DNA of 64,000 nt from Candidatus Bathyarchaeota archaeon (lineage in GTDB: Archaea > Thermoproteota > Bathyarchaeia > Bathyarchaeales > Bathycorpusculaceae): NCBI GenBank assembly GCA_963772455.1, contig CAVYXJ010000005.1:32001-96000 (forward strand), given 5' to 3'. The notes under the pieces were generated by a model. That model worked only from the letters and a program-made list of their open reading frames with translations, ran no database searches and was not told the origin of the DNA. Positions 51,666 through 61,590 of this stretch are shown here, in pieces; the stretch's first letter is position 1; each line of letters starts with the position of its first letter. The position numbers were made by a program, and so were the translations under genes.

Positions 51666-52445
51666 TTGTCACTTGAATCGGGCAGAAAATTAGGGTATAT
51701 TGCAAGTTTAATATCGATTATTTTGCCAGTTGTTTCAATTGTGGGTGTAATAGTAATTTTCTTCTCAATATTTGTCACTGCTGCAACAAGGATCGGATCA
51801 GGTACAACTGCACCCAATCCCCTTGGACTCCCACTGGGATTAATTGGATTTACAGTTGCTCTAGCAGCCATCGGCATAACAGGTTTTATCTTATTTATGG
51901 TAGCAATGTATCGCCTTTCAAACTATTATAATGAACCAAGCATTTTCAAAAATGTTCTATACGCTTTTATAATAAACTTAGTCAGCGGCATAATCATTCT
52001 AATAGTGTTTTTCGCACTCACTTTAACGTCAATAGGAAGAATCACTCCTACAAATCCATCCTTTATAACCACGTTTATTGCACAATTAGTCATAACATAC
52101 ATAATCGCTTTTGCAATAGGCATTATTTTTGCAATAATAAACGGCTTACTATACATGCGCTCATTCAATAAACTTGGAGAAAAATCCGGAATCGAGGATT
52201 TTAAAACCGCAGCATTACTCTTCATAATAGGCGGCATAATTCCTTTAGTAACTTGGATAGCTTGGATTTTTGCAGCATTAGGCTTCAACAAGCTTAAAGC
52301 CACTCCACCACCGTCAACATATACCCCCAACACTTATCAACCAACACCATCAAACCCTTCACAGACCAAACGCTGCCCCAACTGCGGAGCAGAAAACCGA
52401 GCAGACTCTATCTTCTGCGGAAATTGCGGAAACCAACTACAATAA
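51666..52445 (+). CDS. DUF996-like membrane protein with a C-terminal zinc ribbon
   Basis: LS.YYNEP.IFKN.LY, L.EKSG...FKTA, Pro-rich linker, CPNCG...FCGNCG. Confidence 0.8.
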   Translation: MSLESGRKLGYIASLISIILPVVSIVGVIVIFFSIFVTAATRIGSGTTAPNPLGLPLGLIGFTVALAAIGITGFILFMVAMYRLSNYYNEPSIFKNVLYAFIINLVSGIIILIVFFALTLTSIGRITPTNPSFITTFIAQLVITYIIAFAIGIIFAIINGLLYMRSFNKLGEKSGIEDFKTAALLFIIGGIIPLVTWIAWIFAALGFNKLKATPPPSTYTPNTYQPTPSNPSQTKRCPNCGAENRADSIFCGNCGNQLQ

Positions 52446-52554
52446 AAAACCAATCAACAAACAAATAAGAAAACTAAATCTTTGCGCAAACTTTAATTTC
52501 ACAAAAATTTTATATCTCTGTGCGTTCTCCAATTAAACATTAAGTTGTGATTAT

Positions 52555-53535
52555 ATGGCAGTCAAAATTTCACCAGATTATATAGACCTTTTAAACAAGG
52601 CAGTCGAACGCGAAATTCAAGTTTCTCTACAATACATTCTTCAACACGCAAAAATGGAGAAACTTGTAAGAAGAACCATCCCTGAAAACATCCTCTTAGA
52701 CAAAACAACATATGATGCAGTTGGAAAATTCCTAAGAGAAATCTCAATCCAAGAAATGAAACATGCCGCCGCAATTATCGAACGTATCTACTATCTTGGC
52801 GGAAAAGCATCAACTAAATCTAGCAAAATCACCGTCGGCAACAGTATAAGCGAATTCTCAAAGCTCAACGCAAAAGCAGAGGAAGAAGCATTAGTGCTCT
52901 ACCGCGAAATAATTGAAACATCCGGAAAAATAGGCGATTGGGAAACTCGCGAACTTTTCGAAAAAATCTACGGTGAAGAAGAGCAGCACCTGTTCAAATT
53001 CCAAGAATACACAAAGTTCCAAGACGAGAAAGAAGAACCAAGCAAAGTACCGCTTCCTGAATGGCGAGAAATCTACACAGAAGACTACTTCACACTCCTC
53101 AACAAAGCTGTCTCCGCAGAAATAGCAGGCATCATCCAATACACAAACCAACATGAAAAAATGGCATTACTTGAACTTAGAATGAAAAATACAGCACTTG
53201 AAACAATCACAGAAACCAACAAAACAGCAGTTGTAAGCAAAATACTCAAAGAAACCTTCATGCAAGAAATGGATCACCTTGAAAAAATCAGCGAGCGCAT
53301 CTACCTCCTCGAGGGCGAAGCCACTTGGAAACCAGACCCATTACCAGTTGTCGGCAATACAGCACAAGAATTTCTAGTCCTAGATCACGCACTTGAAAGC
53401 AGCGCAATAACCCTCTACCGCCAAATCATCGCTGAAGCGCTTAAACGCGGCGACACATTAACAAGAAGAATGTTCGAAGACATCATTATCCAAGAAGAAA
53501 ACCACTTCTGGACCTTCGACGACTTCATAAGATAA
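52555..53535 (+). CDS. Ferritin-like protein with two tandem bacterioferritin-type domains
   Basis: Two repeats of LNKAV..E...QY..QH / EM.H...I.ERIY.L / E......Y / EE.H. Confidence 0.88.
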   Translation: MAVKISPDYIDLLNKAVEREIQVSLQYILQHAKMEKLVRRTIPENILLDKTTYDAVGKFLREISIQEMKHAAAIIERIYYLGGKASTKSSKITVGNSISEFSKLNAKAEEEALVLYREIIETSGKIGDWETRELFEKIYGEEEQHLFKFQEYTKFQDEKEEPSKVPLPEWREIYTEDYFTLLNKAVSAEIAGIIQYTNQHEKMALLELRMKNTALETITETNKTAVVSKILKETFMQEMDHLEKISERIYLLEGEATWKPDPLPVVGNTAQEFLVLDHALESSAITLYRQIIAEALKRGDTLTRRMFEDIIIQEENHFWTFDDFIR

Positions 53536-53616
53536 AAAAAATCTTCATCTCCCATTTTTTGGGAGACATTCTAATTTTCAATAAACTCTGAAAACCTTTC
53601 TAAAAGAACTGAAAAT

Positions 53617-55554
53617 GTGAAAACCATGGTAATTGAAAGCATAAATTGGATGGCAGGCGGTCCCCAAGGAAGCGGCGTAGATTCAGCTTCCAATATATTT
53701 GGCAGAGCCTGCGGTTATGGCGGTTTGTATGTTTTTGGTAGAAGAGAATACCACTCAAACATCAAAACAATGCACAGCTACTTTCTACAACGAATATCCA
53801 AAGAACCCACGTTAGCAAACATTAGCGATGTTAACTTACTTGCGGCATTCGATGCAGAAACCATAGTACGCCACATCGGCGAAGTCATAAGTGAAGGCGG
53901 TATAATAGTTGATTCACGCGATCTTAACTTAAATGTCCTAAAGGATATTGCAACTTTTAGTGAAGATTATAAAAATCAAATCCAAACTTACATGAAAGAG
54001 AACAATATTGGCGAAACCATCAATGACTTCCTAAGCTATGCCAAACAAAAAAATATCCAGATTTTCGCAATCCCCTACATGGACCTACTAAAAAAAATCG
54101 GCGAAAAACTCGGAATCGAAAAAACCAGTTCACTTGCAAAAATGATAAATGTCTTAACAATAGGAGTGTCTTTTGCCTTACTAAAGTATGACCGAAAACT
54201 CGTAGAAGACGCCATCAAAGCTACCTTCCCCGAAAAAATCGCCGACATGAACGTCGTAGCCGTAAACACTGCATACGATTATACTGAAAAAAACTTCAAC
54301 GTTAACAGTTTCAAACACAAACTTGAAAAAACGGAAATTAAAGAACCAAGAATTTTCTTAACCGGCAACCAAGCTGTCGCCATGGGCAAAGTTCTAGGCG
54401 GATGCAGAGTCCAAACTTACTACCCAATTACCCCTGCAGCTGACGAGAGCGAATACTTGGAAGCCCACGAAATCTTAAAAACTAAAAAAGGCAGCGAAGA
54501 AGCCATAATTGTTCTTCAAACAGAAGATGAAATAGCAGCAGTAAACTCTGCGTCAGGCGCATGCTTAACAGGGGCTAGGGCAGCAACAAGCACATCAGGT
54601 CCAGGATTTTCATTGATGGCTGAAGGTTTAGGATGGGCAGGCAACAACGAAGTACCATTAGTAATAACTTTTTACCAGAGAGGCGGACCTGCAACTGGGC
54701 AACCAACACGCCACAGCCAACAGGACCTACGGTTTGCTATGCATGCTGCACACGGAGAATTCGCAAGAATAATCCTTGCTTCTGGAGACATCGAAGAGTG
54801 CTTCTTTGATGCCGCAGAAGTCTTCAATTTAGCTGAGAAATACCAAATGCCAGTTATTCATCTTCTCGATAAAGGAATGGCAAACTCATCACAGACATAC
54901 CCAGTCTTTGACTACTCAAAAATCAAAATAGACCGCGGCTTAATCGTAAACGAGAAAGATTTAGAAGGCAAAATATACAAACGCTTCCAATTTACCGAAA
55001 CAGGAATATCTCCAAGAGCATTTTTGGGAACAAAAAACGGTATTCACTGGTACAGCGGCGACGAACACAACGAATCAGGCAACATAAATGAAGAGCCAAA
55101 TATCAGAAGGAAAATGATGGATAAACGTTTGAAAAAACTTGAACTAGTCGATAAAGAGGTACCCTTGGAAATGAAAGCAAAGTTTTTCGGCGATAAAGAC
55201 TCTGAAAACATTGTAATCAGTTGGGGTTCACCCAAAGGCGCCATAATCGAATCGCTCAACCAATTAAAAGACGAAGGTTTCAGCTTGGGCTATATTCAAG
55301 TGCGCATGATTCAACCTCTTCCATCAGCTTACCTAAAACAGATATTAACAGGCAAAAAACGAATAATTGACATAGAAGACAATGCAACCGCTCAACTCAG
55401 CGGCGTGATAACAGAGAATACAAGCATCGAACCCAACTTTTACATTCTCAAATATACAGGAAGACCCATGATGACAACAGAAGTTTATGAAGCAATAAAA
55501 GCAATTTTAACTGATAAAGCAACTAAGAAGCAGGTGTTAATGCTTGGCGCATAA
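53617..55554 (+). CDS. 2-oxoacid:ferredoxin oxidoreductase subunit alpha (gamma-alpha fusion)
   Basis: GGPQGSG, YYPITPA, QTEDEIAA, TSTSGPGFSLM. Confidence 0.95.
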   Translation: MKTMVIESINWMAGGPQGSGVDSASNIFGRACGYGGLYVFGRREYHSNIKTMHSYFLQRISKEPTLANISDVNLLAAFDAETIVRHIGEVISEGGIIVDSRDLNLNVLKDIATFSEDYKNQIQTYMKENNIGETINDFLSYAKQKNIQIFAIPYMDLLKKIGEKLGIEKTSSLAKMINVLTIGVSFALLKYDRKLVEDAIKATFPEKIADMNVVAVNTAYDYTEKNFNVNSFKHKLEKTEIKEPRIFLTGNQAVAMGKVLGGCRVQTYYPITPAADESEYLEAHEILKTKKGSEEAIIVLQTEDEIAAVNSASGACLTGARAATSTSGPGFSLMAEGLGWAGNNEVPLVITFYQRGGPATGQPTRHSQQDLRFAMHAAHGEFARIILASGDIEECFFDAAEVFNLAEKYQMPVIHLLDKGMANSSQTYPVFDYSKIKIDRGLIVNEKDLEGKIYKRFQFTETGISPRAFLGTKNGIHWYSGDEHNESGNINEEPNIRRKMMDKRLKKLELVDKEVPLEMKAKFFGDKDSENIVISWGSPKGAIIESLNQLKDEGFSLGYIQVRMIQPLPSAYLKQILTGKKRIIDIEDNATAQLSGVITENTSIEPNFYILKYTGRPMMTTEVYEAIKAILTDKATKKQVLMLGA

Positions 55555-56506
55555 ACCATCCGAATACAAAACAGATGTCTACACTGACTGGTGTCCAGGC
55601 TGCGGAGACTACGGAATCCTAAGCGCACTACAAATGGCTCTAGCTGACTTGAACCTTGAACCACATAATGTTGTTGTTGTTTCAGGAGTGGGTAACGCGG
55701 CAAAAACGCCTCACTTTGTGAAAGTCAACGGTGTGCACACACTTCATGGTAGACTACTTCCATTTGCAATGGGAATTAAGGTTGCAAACCCAAACCTAGA
55801 AGTAATCGGAGTCGGAGGAGACGGCGACGGACTTGGCATCGGGGCAGGCCATTTTGTTAACACTGGACGAAGAAACATAGACATGACCTACCTACTCTAC
55901 AACAACGGAGTTTATGGCTTAACAAAGGGACAAGCTTCACCAACACTTCGCCTCGGCATGCAGACAAAATCACTTCCGAACCCAAACATTAACGATGCTA
56001 TCATCCCAGTTGCCCTCGCAATCACGTCTGGTTACACATTTGTTGCAAGGTCTTACGCTTTTGATGTTATTCACTTAAAAAACACGATCAAACAAGGAAT
56101 TGACCATAAGGGCTTAGCGTTTGTCGAGTGCTTACAGCCATGCCCAGTCTACAATGACATAAACACTAAAGACTGGTATGCAGGTGAAGACCGCAAAGAT
56201 GCTGCAGGCAAACCTCAACCAAGACTCTACAAGCTGGAAGAAACAGGGTTTGATCCAGTTGTCCATGATGAAAGCGAAGAATTCAAGAAAAAAGTCGCGG
56301 GTTTAGAAAAAGCGCAGGAATGGAACAACAAAATCCCAATTGGCGTTTTCTACAAAAATGGGTTAAAACCCACATTCCAAGAACGCTTTTCCCAAAGAAT
56401 ACCATTCTACATCAAGAACCCACCAGCGAAACAGCAACTAAAAGACGAAAACAACAACTCTACTCTTGACTTAAGCGAGTTCATGGATAACCTAAAAACA
56501 AGTTAG
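55544..56506 (+). CDS. 2-oxoacid:ferredoxin oxidoreductase subunit beta
   Basis: WCPGCGD, HGR, GGDGD...NNGVYGLTKGQ (TPP motif), LQPCP. Confidence 0.95.
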   Translation: MAHKPSEYKTDVYTDWCPGCGDYGILSALQMALADLNLEPHNVVVVSGVGNAAKTPHFVKVNGVHTLHGRLLPFAMGIKVANPNLEVIGVGGDGDGLGIGAGHFVNTGRRNIDMTYLLYNNGVYGLTKGQASPTLRLGMQTKSLPNPNINDAIIPVALAITSGYTFVARSYAFDVIHLKNTIKQGIDHKGLAFVECLQPCPVYNDINTKDWYAGEDRKDAAGKPQPRLYKLEETGFDPVVHDESEEFKKKVAGLEKAQEWNNKIPIGVFYKNGLKPTFQERFSQRIPFYIKNPPAKQQLKDENNNSTLDLSEFMDNLKTS

Positions 56507-56526
56507 CGTTTCTTGGCTAAGAAACG
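56507..56526. terminator. Hairpin immediately after the OFOR beta stop, between convergent genes
   Basis: CGTTTCTT-GGCT-AAGAAACG, a perfect 8-bp inverted repeat. Confidence 0.4.
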
Positions 56527-56606
56527 TAAGGAGCTTCTCCTTTCTCCTCAAAACACATAACGTTAGTTTAGCTTATAACCACTATTTCCGAAGTCGACAT
56601 ATATCA

Positions 56607-56978
56607 TTAAGACTTCGATTCTGCTTCATCATCAAAGTAGCAGTCTTCAGTGAATCTAGGCGTACAAACGCAGTAGAAAACAAGGTCGGTATGGCCCGTG
56701 TTGGTTATTTTCTGCGATGTCTCAGCAGGAATGACGATAACATCACCAACACTCACATTAGTTGATTCAAAGTCACTAAAGGTTACTTTGCCCTCTCCCG
56801 CCGTAATTATATAGATTTCCTGGATTTTTTTTAGGTGATGTGCTTTAGTTGTAATGCCTGGCTTAACTGTTGCACGCGCTATTGAAACGTCTTTGTCGCT
56901 GAAATTTTCAGCAATGTAGCATCTTTCAGGTGTCAAATATTCATATGGTATGTTGGCTTTTACAATTTTTGGCAGCAA
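56607..56978 (-). CDS. Cupin domain protein
   Basis: PG..T.AH.L...QEIY....GEG, GD.I.IP. Confidence 0.88.
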   Translation of the reverse strand: MLPKIVKANIPYEYLTPERCYIAENFSDKDVSIARATVKPGITTKAHHLKKIQEIYIITAGEGKVTFSDFESTNVSVGDVIVIPAETSQKITNTGHTDLVFYCVCTPRFTEDCYFDDEAESKS

Positions 56979-57205
56979 ATTTCAACATTCCTGGTCTTGT
57001 TTGTTTACAGAAAACAAATACTGAATATTTGTACTTTTAATTATATTGTTTACGCAAACCTTAACCAATGGATTAATTGGTTAAAAAAGGGTTTTTGGCG
57101 GAAAAGAAGCTTGTTTCAGATTTTTTTATTTGTGGTTTTTTGTTTAAACTTCACGGTATTGACTATGAGTTTAATCGTAGTTTTGCATGTTTAATGTGAA
57201 ATCAA

Positions 57206-57263
57206 CTTATATATGCGCTAAATGTAGTGTGTACAATAAGCTTACTTACACTACACATTAACA
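57206..57263 (+). promoter_or_regulatory. TATA box followed by NrdR-box-like sites
   Basis: CTTATATAT (57206-57214), GCGCTAAATGTAGTGT (57215-57230) resembling the NrdR box, and a weaker ACACTACACATTAACA (57248-57263). Confidence 0.65.
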
Positions 57264-57281
57264 AAAGCATGAGAATTAAAA

Positions 57282-57728
57282 ATGAGATGTCCCTACTGCA
57301 ATTCCGATAATTCAAAAACCCTCGAAACACGCGACTCCCCAGAAAATACCACACGCAGACGAAAAGAATGCATCAACTGTAACAAACGCTACACTACCTA
57401 CGAGTACCTTGAGACAGTCGAGTTAATGGTCAGAAAAAAAGACGGCGAACTCCAACGCTTCGACGTCAATAAAATAATCCGTGGTTTACAGAAAGCCTGC
57501 GAAAAAAGACCCATAACTATGACTCAAATTAACGAGTTAGCTGGACAAGTACGCCAAGATCTCATGCTTAAAGGAACAGAAGAAGTCGCATCAGGAGAAA
57601 TCGGCGACTTAATCATGAAATACCTCAAAAACGTGGATCGGATTGCATACATTCGATTCGCTTCAGTTTACAAACAATTTGAAGAACCTGAAGATTTCAG
57701 GCGATTACTATTGGAAGTGAAAAAATGA
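57282..57728 (+). CDS. nrdR: Transcriptional repressor NrdR
   Basis: MRCPYC, RRRKEC..C..RYTTYE, ATP cone, AYIRFASVY. Confidence 0.97.
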   Translation: MRCPYCNSDNSKTLETRDSPENTTRRRKECINCNKRYTTYEYLETVELMVRKKDGELQRFDVNKIIRGLQKACEKRPITMTQINELAGQVRQDLMLKGTEEVASGEIGDLIMKYLKNVDRIAYIRFASVYKQFEEPEDFRRLLLEVKK

Positions 57729-59851
57729 AGTTTGTATTAAAACGTGATAGCAAATTAGAACCCTTCGATCAAGAACGTATTACAATTGCCATTTGGAAAG
57801 CCGCTAAAGCAGTTGGCGGAAAAGACAAAGAACAAGCTAAACGAATCAGCGACGAAGTTGTAGCTCAACTAAACAAATTGTATGGCGATGACGGCGTTCC
57901 CACAGTTGAGGAGGTCCAAGATGTTGTTGAAAAACGCTTAATCGAAAATGGCCATGCTTCAACATCTAAAGCCTACATCCTCTACCGAAAACAACACACT
58001 GACATGCGCGAATTAGCCGCATTATTGAGCTCTTCAGATATGGTGGATCAATATCTCGAAGTTGAAGATTGGCGTGTGAAAGAAAACAGTAACATGAGCT
58101 ATTCACTTCAAGGCCTCAACAACTACCTCTCATCTACAGTTATCGCCAAGTACTGGATTGCTAGAATTTACCCCCAGAAAATTGCAGAATCACACTTCTC
58201 AGGCGACATGCACATCCACGATCTAGGCGTACTTGGACCTTACTGCGTCGGCTGGGACGTAAGCGATTTGCTACTTTCAGGCTTCGGAGGAGTAGCAGGT
58301 AAAATCGAGAGCAAACCTGCCAAACATTTCCGCACAGCACTGGGACAAGTAGTAAACTTTTTCTACACACTCCAAGGAGAAGCTGCTGGTGCACAAGCAT
58401 TCAGCAACTTTGACACATACCTAGCACCCTTCATCCGATATGACCACTTAAGCCAGAAAGATGTTGATCAAGCGCTACAAGAGTTCTTCTTCAACATGAA
58501 CGTACCAACCCGCGTTGGTTTTCAAGCACCGTTCACTAATTTAACTTTGGATTTAACAGTTCCAGACTTTATGAAGAATGAAGCGGTACTATACAACGGC
58601 AAAATTACACAAGATACGTACGGCGATATGACCAAAGAGATGGACATGTTCAATTTAGCCTTCGCTGAAGGTATGCGCCAAGGCGATTCCAAGGGCAGAG
58701 TCTTCACATTCCCAATTCCAACATACAACATAACCAAAGACTTCGATTGGGAGTCACCCGTATCTCAAGCAATTTTTGAAGTCACCGCCAAATACGGAGT
58801 ACCATACTTCTCAAACTTCGTTAACAGTGACATGAAACCTGAAGACGTACGCAGCATGTGCTGTCGCCTACGAATAGACAACCGTGAACTACGCAAACGT
58901 GGAGGCGGATTCTTCGGTGCCAACCCATTAACAGGCAGCATCGGCGTTGTCACCCTCAACATTCCAAGAATTGGTTACTTATCAAAAGATGAAGACGAAT
59001 TCTTTGAAAAACTAGAAGGCTTAATGGAAATTGCTAAACAAAGCTTAGAAATCAAACGCAAAGTACTTGAAACCTTCACTGATAACGGTTTGTACCCGTA
59101 TTCAAAACGTTATTTGAGACATGTCAAGGAAGCTTACGGCAAATTCTGGAAGAACCATTTCTCAACCATAGGCATAGTAGGCGTCAACGAAGCAATAATA
59201 AACCTAATAGGACAAAATATTGCCTCGCGCGATGGACAAGCCTTCGCCCAAAAAACGCTTACCTTCATGCGTCAACGCTTAGCAAACTTCCAAGAGGAAA
59301 CAGGCTGCATATACAACCTTGAAGCAACCCCCGCCGAAGGGACCTCTTATCGACTTGCACGCTTAGATAAAAAACGATACCGAGACATAATATTCGCCAA
59401 TCAAAAACATATTAACTCAACCCGCGCCGAACCATTCTATACTAACTCTTCCCAGCTACCTGTGGACTTCTCAGGTGACCTCTTCGATGCTCTCGAGCAC
59501 CAAGAAACCCTACAATCACTATATACTGGAGGCACAGTGTTTCATATTTTCCTTGGCGAACGTCTACCATCTTGGAAATCAGCCGCTGAATTAATTAAGA
59601 AAGTCGCTTGGAACTCAAAACTACCCTACTTCACTTTGTCACCCACCTTTAGCATTTGTCCAACCCACGGATACACAAACGGAGAACACAAACAATGCCC
59701 AGTCTGCGAAGCAACCTGCGAAGTCTACTCGAGAGTAGTCGGTTACTTGCGACCAGTTGACCAATGGAATGATGGAAAACAAGCAGAATTCAACATACGC
59801 AAAACCTTCGATCGATCCACCATAGTTACATCCGCACCCTTAACTTCTTAA
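57725..59851 (+). CDS. nrdD: Anaerobic (class III) ribonucleoside-triphosphate reductase
   Basis: ATP cone, HIHDL, RSMCCRL, EATPAEG, C..HG / CP.C and the YSRVVGYLRP glycyl-radical motif. Confidence 0.97.
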   Translation: MKFVLKRDSKLEPFDQERITIAIWKAAKAVGGKDKEQAKRISDEVVAQLNKLYGDDGVPTVEEVQDVVEKRLIENGHASTSKAYILYRKQHTDMRELAALLSSSDMVDQYLEVEDWRVKENSNMSYSLQGLNNYLSSTVIAKYWIARIYPQKIAESHFSGDMHIHDLGVLGPYCVGWDVSDLLLSGFGGVAGKIESKPAKHFRTALGQVVNFFYTLQGEAAGAQAFSNFDTYLAPFIRYDHLSQKDVDQALQEFFFNMNVPTRVGFQAPFTNLTLDLTVPDFMKNEAVLYNGKITQDTYGDMTKEMDMFNLAFAEGMRQGDSKGRVFTFPIPTYNITKDFDWESPVSQAIFEVTAKYGVPYFSNFVNSDMKPEDVRSMCCRLRIDNRELRKRGGGFFGANPLTGSIGVVTLNIPRIGYLSKDEDEFFEKLEGLMEIAKQSLEIKRKVLETFTDNGLYPYSKRYLRHVKEAYGKFWKNHFSTIGIVGVNEAIINLIGQNIASRDGQAFAQKTLTFMRQRLANFQEETGCIYNLEATPAEGTSYRLARLDKKRYRDIIFANQKHINSTRAEPFYTNSSQLPVDFSGDLFDALEHQETLQSLYTGGTVFHIFLGERLPSWKSAAELIKKVAWNSKLPYFTLSPTFSICPTHGYTNGEHKQCPVCEATCEVYSRVVGYLRPVDQWNDGKQAEFNIRKTFDRSTIVTSAPLTS

Positions 59852-59865
59852 GGAGAAAATAGCCA

Positions 59866-60543
59866 ATGAAGTTTAGTGGATTACAAAAAGTCAGTCTCGT
59901 AGATTACCCAGATAAAATAGCATCAGTACTATTCACCCCAGGCTGCAATTTGCGCTGTCCCTTCTGCCATAACTGGCGAATCGCTGTTGATCCTCAACCG
60001 CCGTTTCTGCAGGAAGGTATAGCTTTGGAGATTTTAGAGAGCCGCAAAAAATACGTTGACGCAGTAGTAGTAACTGGTGGCGAACCATGTATGCATAAGG
60101 AGCTGCCAAAGTTTCTTGCTAAACTAAAAGATCGAGGTTTTATGGTAAAGTTGGACACGAACGGGTTCTTCCCAGATAAACTCGAAGAATGCCTCGGAAG
60201 CGTGGATTACGTAGCAATGGACGTGAAAACATGCAGAGAAAAATACAAGCTTTTGGGCGCTAACGAAACGACGGGGTTAATGCGTACAATGGAAATCCTT
60301 AAAATGGGTAAAGTACCCTACGAATTCCGCACAACTGCTGTTCCAGAACTCGTTACAAAGCAGGATGCCACATGTATAGGTGAGATGGTTAAAGGCTCAA
60401 AAACTCATGCAATCCAACAATTCATCGCCCAAGACACCCTTGATAAACGTTATCAAACACTCAAACCCTACGCACCGGAAACAATCGATGACTTCGCAAA
60501 AATAATCCAGCCCTTTACTGAAAAAGTCGTTGTCCGAATCTAG
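59866..60543 (+). CDS. nrdG: Anaerobic RNR activating radical SAM enzyme
   Basis: CNLRCPFCHN, TGGEP, KLDTNG; follows nrdD. Confidence 0.93.
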   Translation: MKFSGLQKVSLVDYPDKIASVLFTPGCNLRCPFCHNWRIAVDPQPPFLQEGIALEILESRKKYVDAVVVTGGEPCMHKELPKFLAKLKDRGFMVKLDTNGFFPDKLEECLGSVDYVAMDVKTCREKYKLLGANETTGLMRTMEILKMGKVPYEFRTTAVPELVTKQDATCIGEMVKGSKTHAIQQFIAQDTLDKRYQTLKPYAPETIDDFAKIIQPFTEKVVVRI

Positions 60544-60716
60544 TTCAACATTTAGATTAGTTTTTTTGATTACTATCCTTCTTCAAGATATCAATAGTTT
60601 TTAAATTTCTTCAATTTATTAACCCCTATATTTCCAATAGAAGCACTTGTTGTAGTCACTCCACAGTCACAACTTCTAAAAAACCCCAGCAAAGCTTCAT
60701 TATTTAGGCAAAAACC

Positions 60717-61298
60717 ATGAAAATTGCTATTATTGGAAAAGGCAATGTTGGAACAGCACTTCATAACGGCTTAAATAAAGCGGGATACGAAACAAAATTT
60801 GGACATCGAGACCCTGCAGAGCCAGTCGCAGAAGCTGCCAAATGGGGAGATGTAATAATCCTCGCGGTGCCCCATGAAAACGCAGACAATGCCAGAGAGG
60901 CAATAAAGCAATTTGCAGACGGAAAAATCGTTATAGACGTTATGAACGCTATTGGACCAAACATGAATTTAGGAATCGAATGCACAACTTCCTCTGCAGA
61001 GCAAACACAGAAAACACTTCCTAAAGCAAAAGTAGTAAAAGCGTTTAACACAGTGTTTGCTCAAAACCAGAGTACAGGCAAAGTTTTAGGTGAACAATTA
61101 ACTGCTTTCATAGCCGGAGACGACCCAAAAGCTAAACAAACCGTAGCAAAATTAACAAAAGATATCGGTTTTGACCCAATTGATTGTGGACCACTAATTT
61201 CAGCTAGGTATCTTGAAGCTATGGCAATAATGATAATCAACTTAGCGTACAATTATGGGATGGGCAACAAAATAGGTTACAAATTGGTAAAAGCCTAA
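60717..61298 (+). CDS. NADPH-dependent F420 reductase-like (dinucleotide-binding) protein
   Basis: GKGNVG, ILAVP, VVKAFNT, AGDD..AK, GF.P.D.G. Confidence 0.88.
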   Translation: MKIAIIGKGNVGTALHNGLNKAGYETKFGHRDPAEPVAEAAKWGDVIILAVPHENADNAREAIKQFADGKIVIDVMNAIGPNMNLGIECTTSSAEQTQKTLPKAKVVKAFNTVFAQNQSTGKVLGEQLTAFIAGDDPKAKQTVAKLTKDIGFDPIDCGPLISARYLEAMAIMIINLAYNYGMGNKIGYKLVKA

Positions 61299-61590
61299 CC
61301 GTCAATTCTCACTATACAAAGCAAAAAACTTAATTGGAAAAATCAGCCCAAATCCAACTCAGAGAAGTTGTTGTTGCAACTCACTCGCAGCGCATAGTGA
61401 CAACAACAATCAAAGACAACCCTTCTAAAACCCAAAACAAAAATCATTTTGTCAAATAAAAACAACGAATTGCAAATCTACTCAACATAAAAAAATTAAG
61501 CCTCATCCATTCTTACGTTTTATTAACCATAAAGTTTAAGGGTAAATGTTTGTTTTAGGTTGCGAGTATTCTACCTTTGAGGTTTGTGGT

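Noticed and set aside
61367-61410. Hairpin GTTGTTGTTG...CAACAACAAT between the F420 reductase and rpoH
   Set aside because: Built largely from a trinucleotide repeat; single isolated hairpin with no other support
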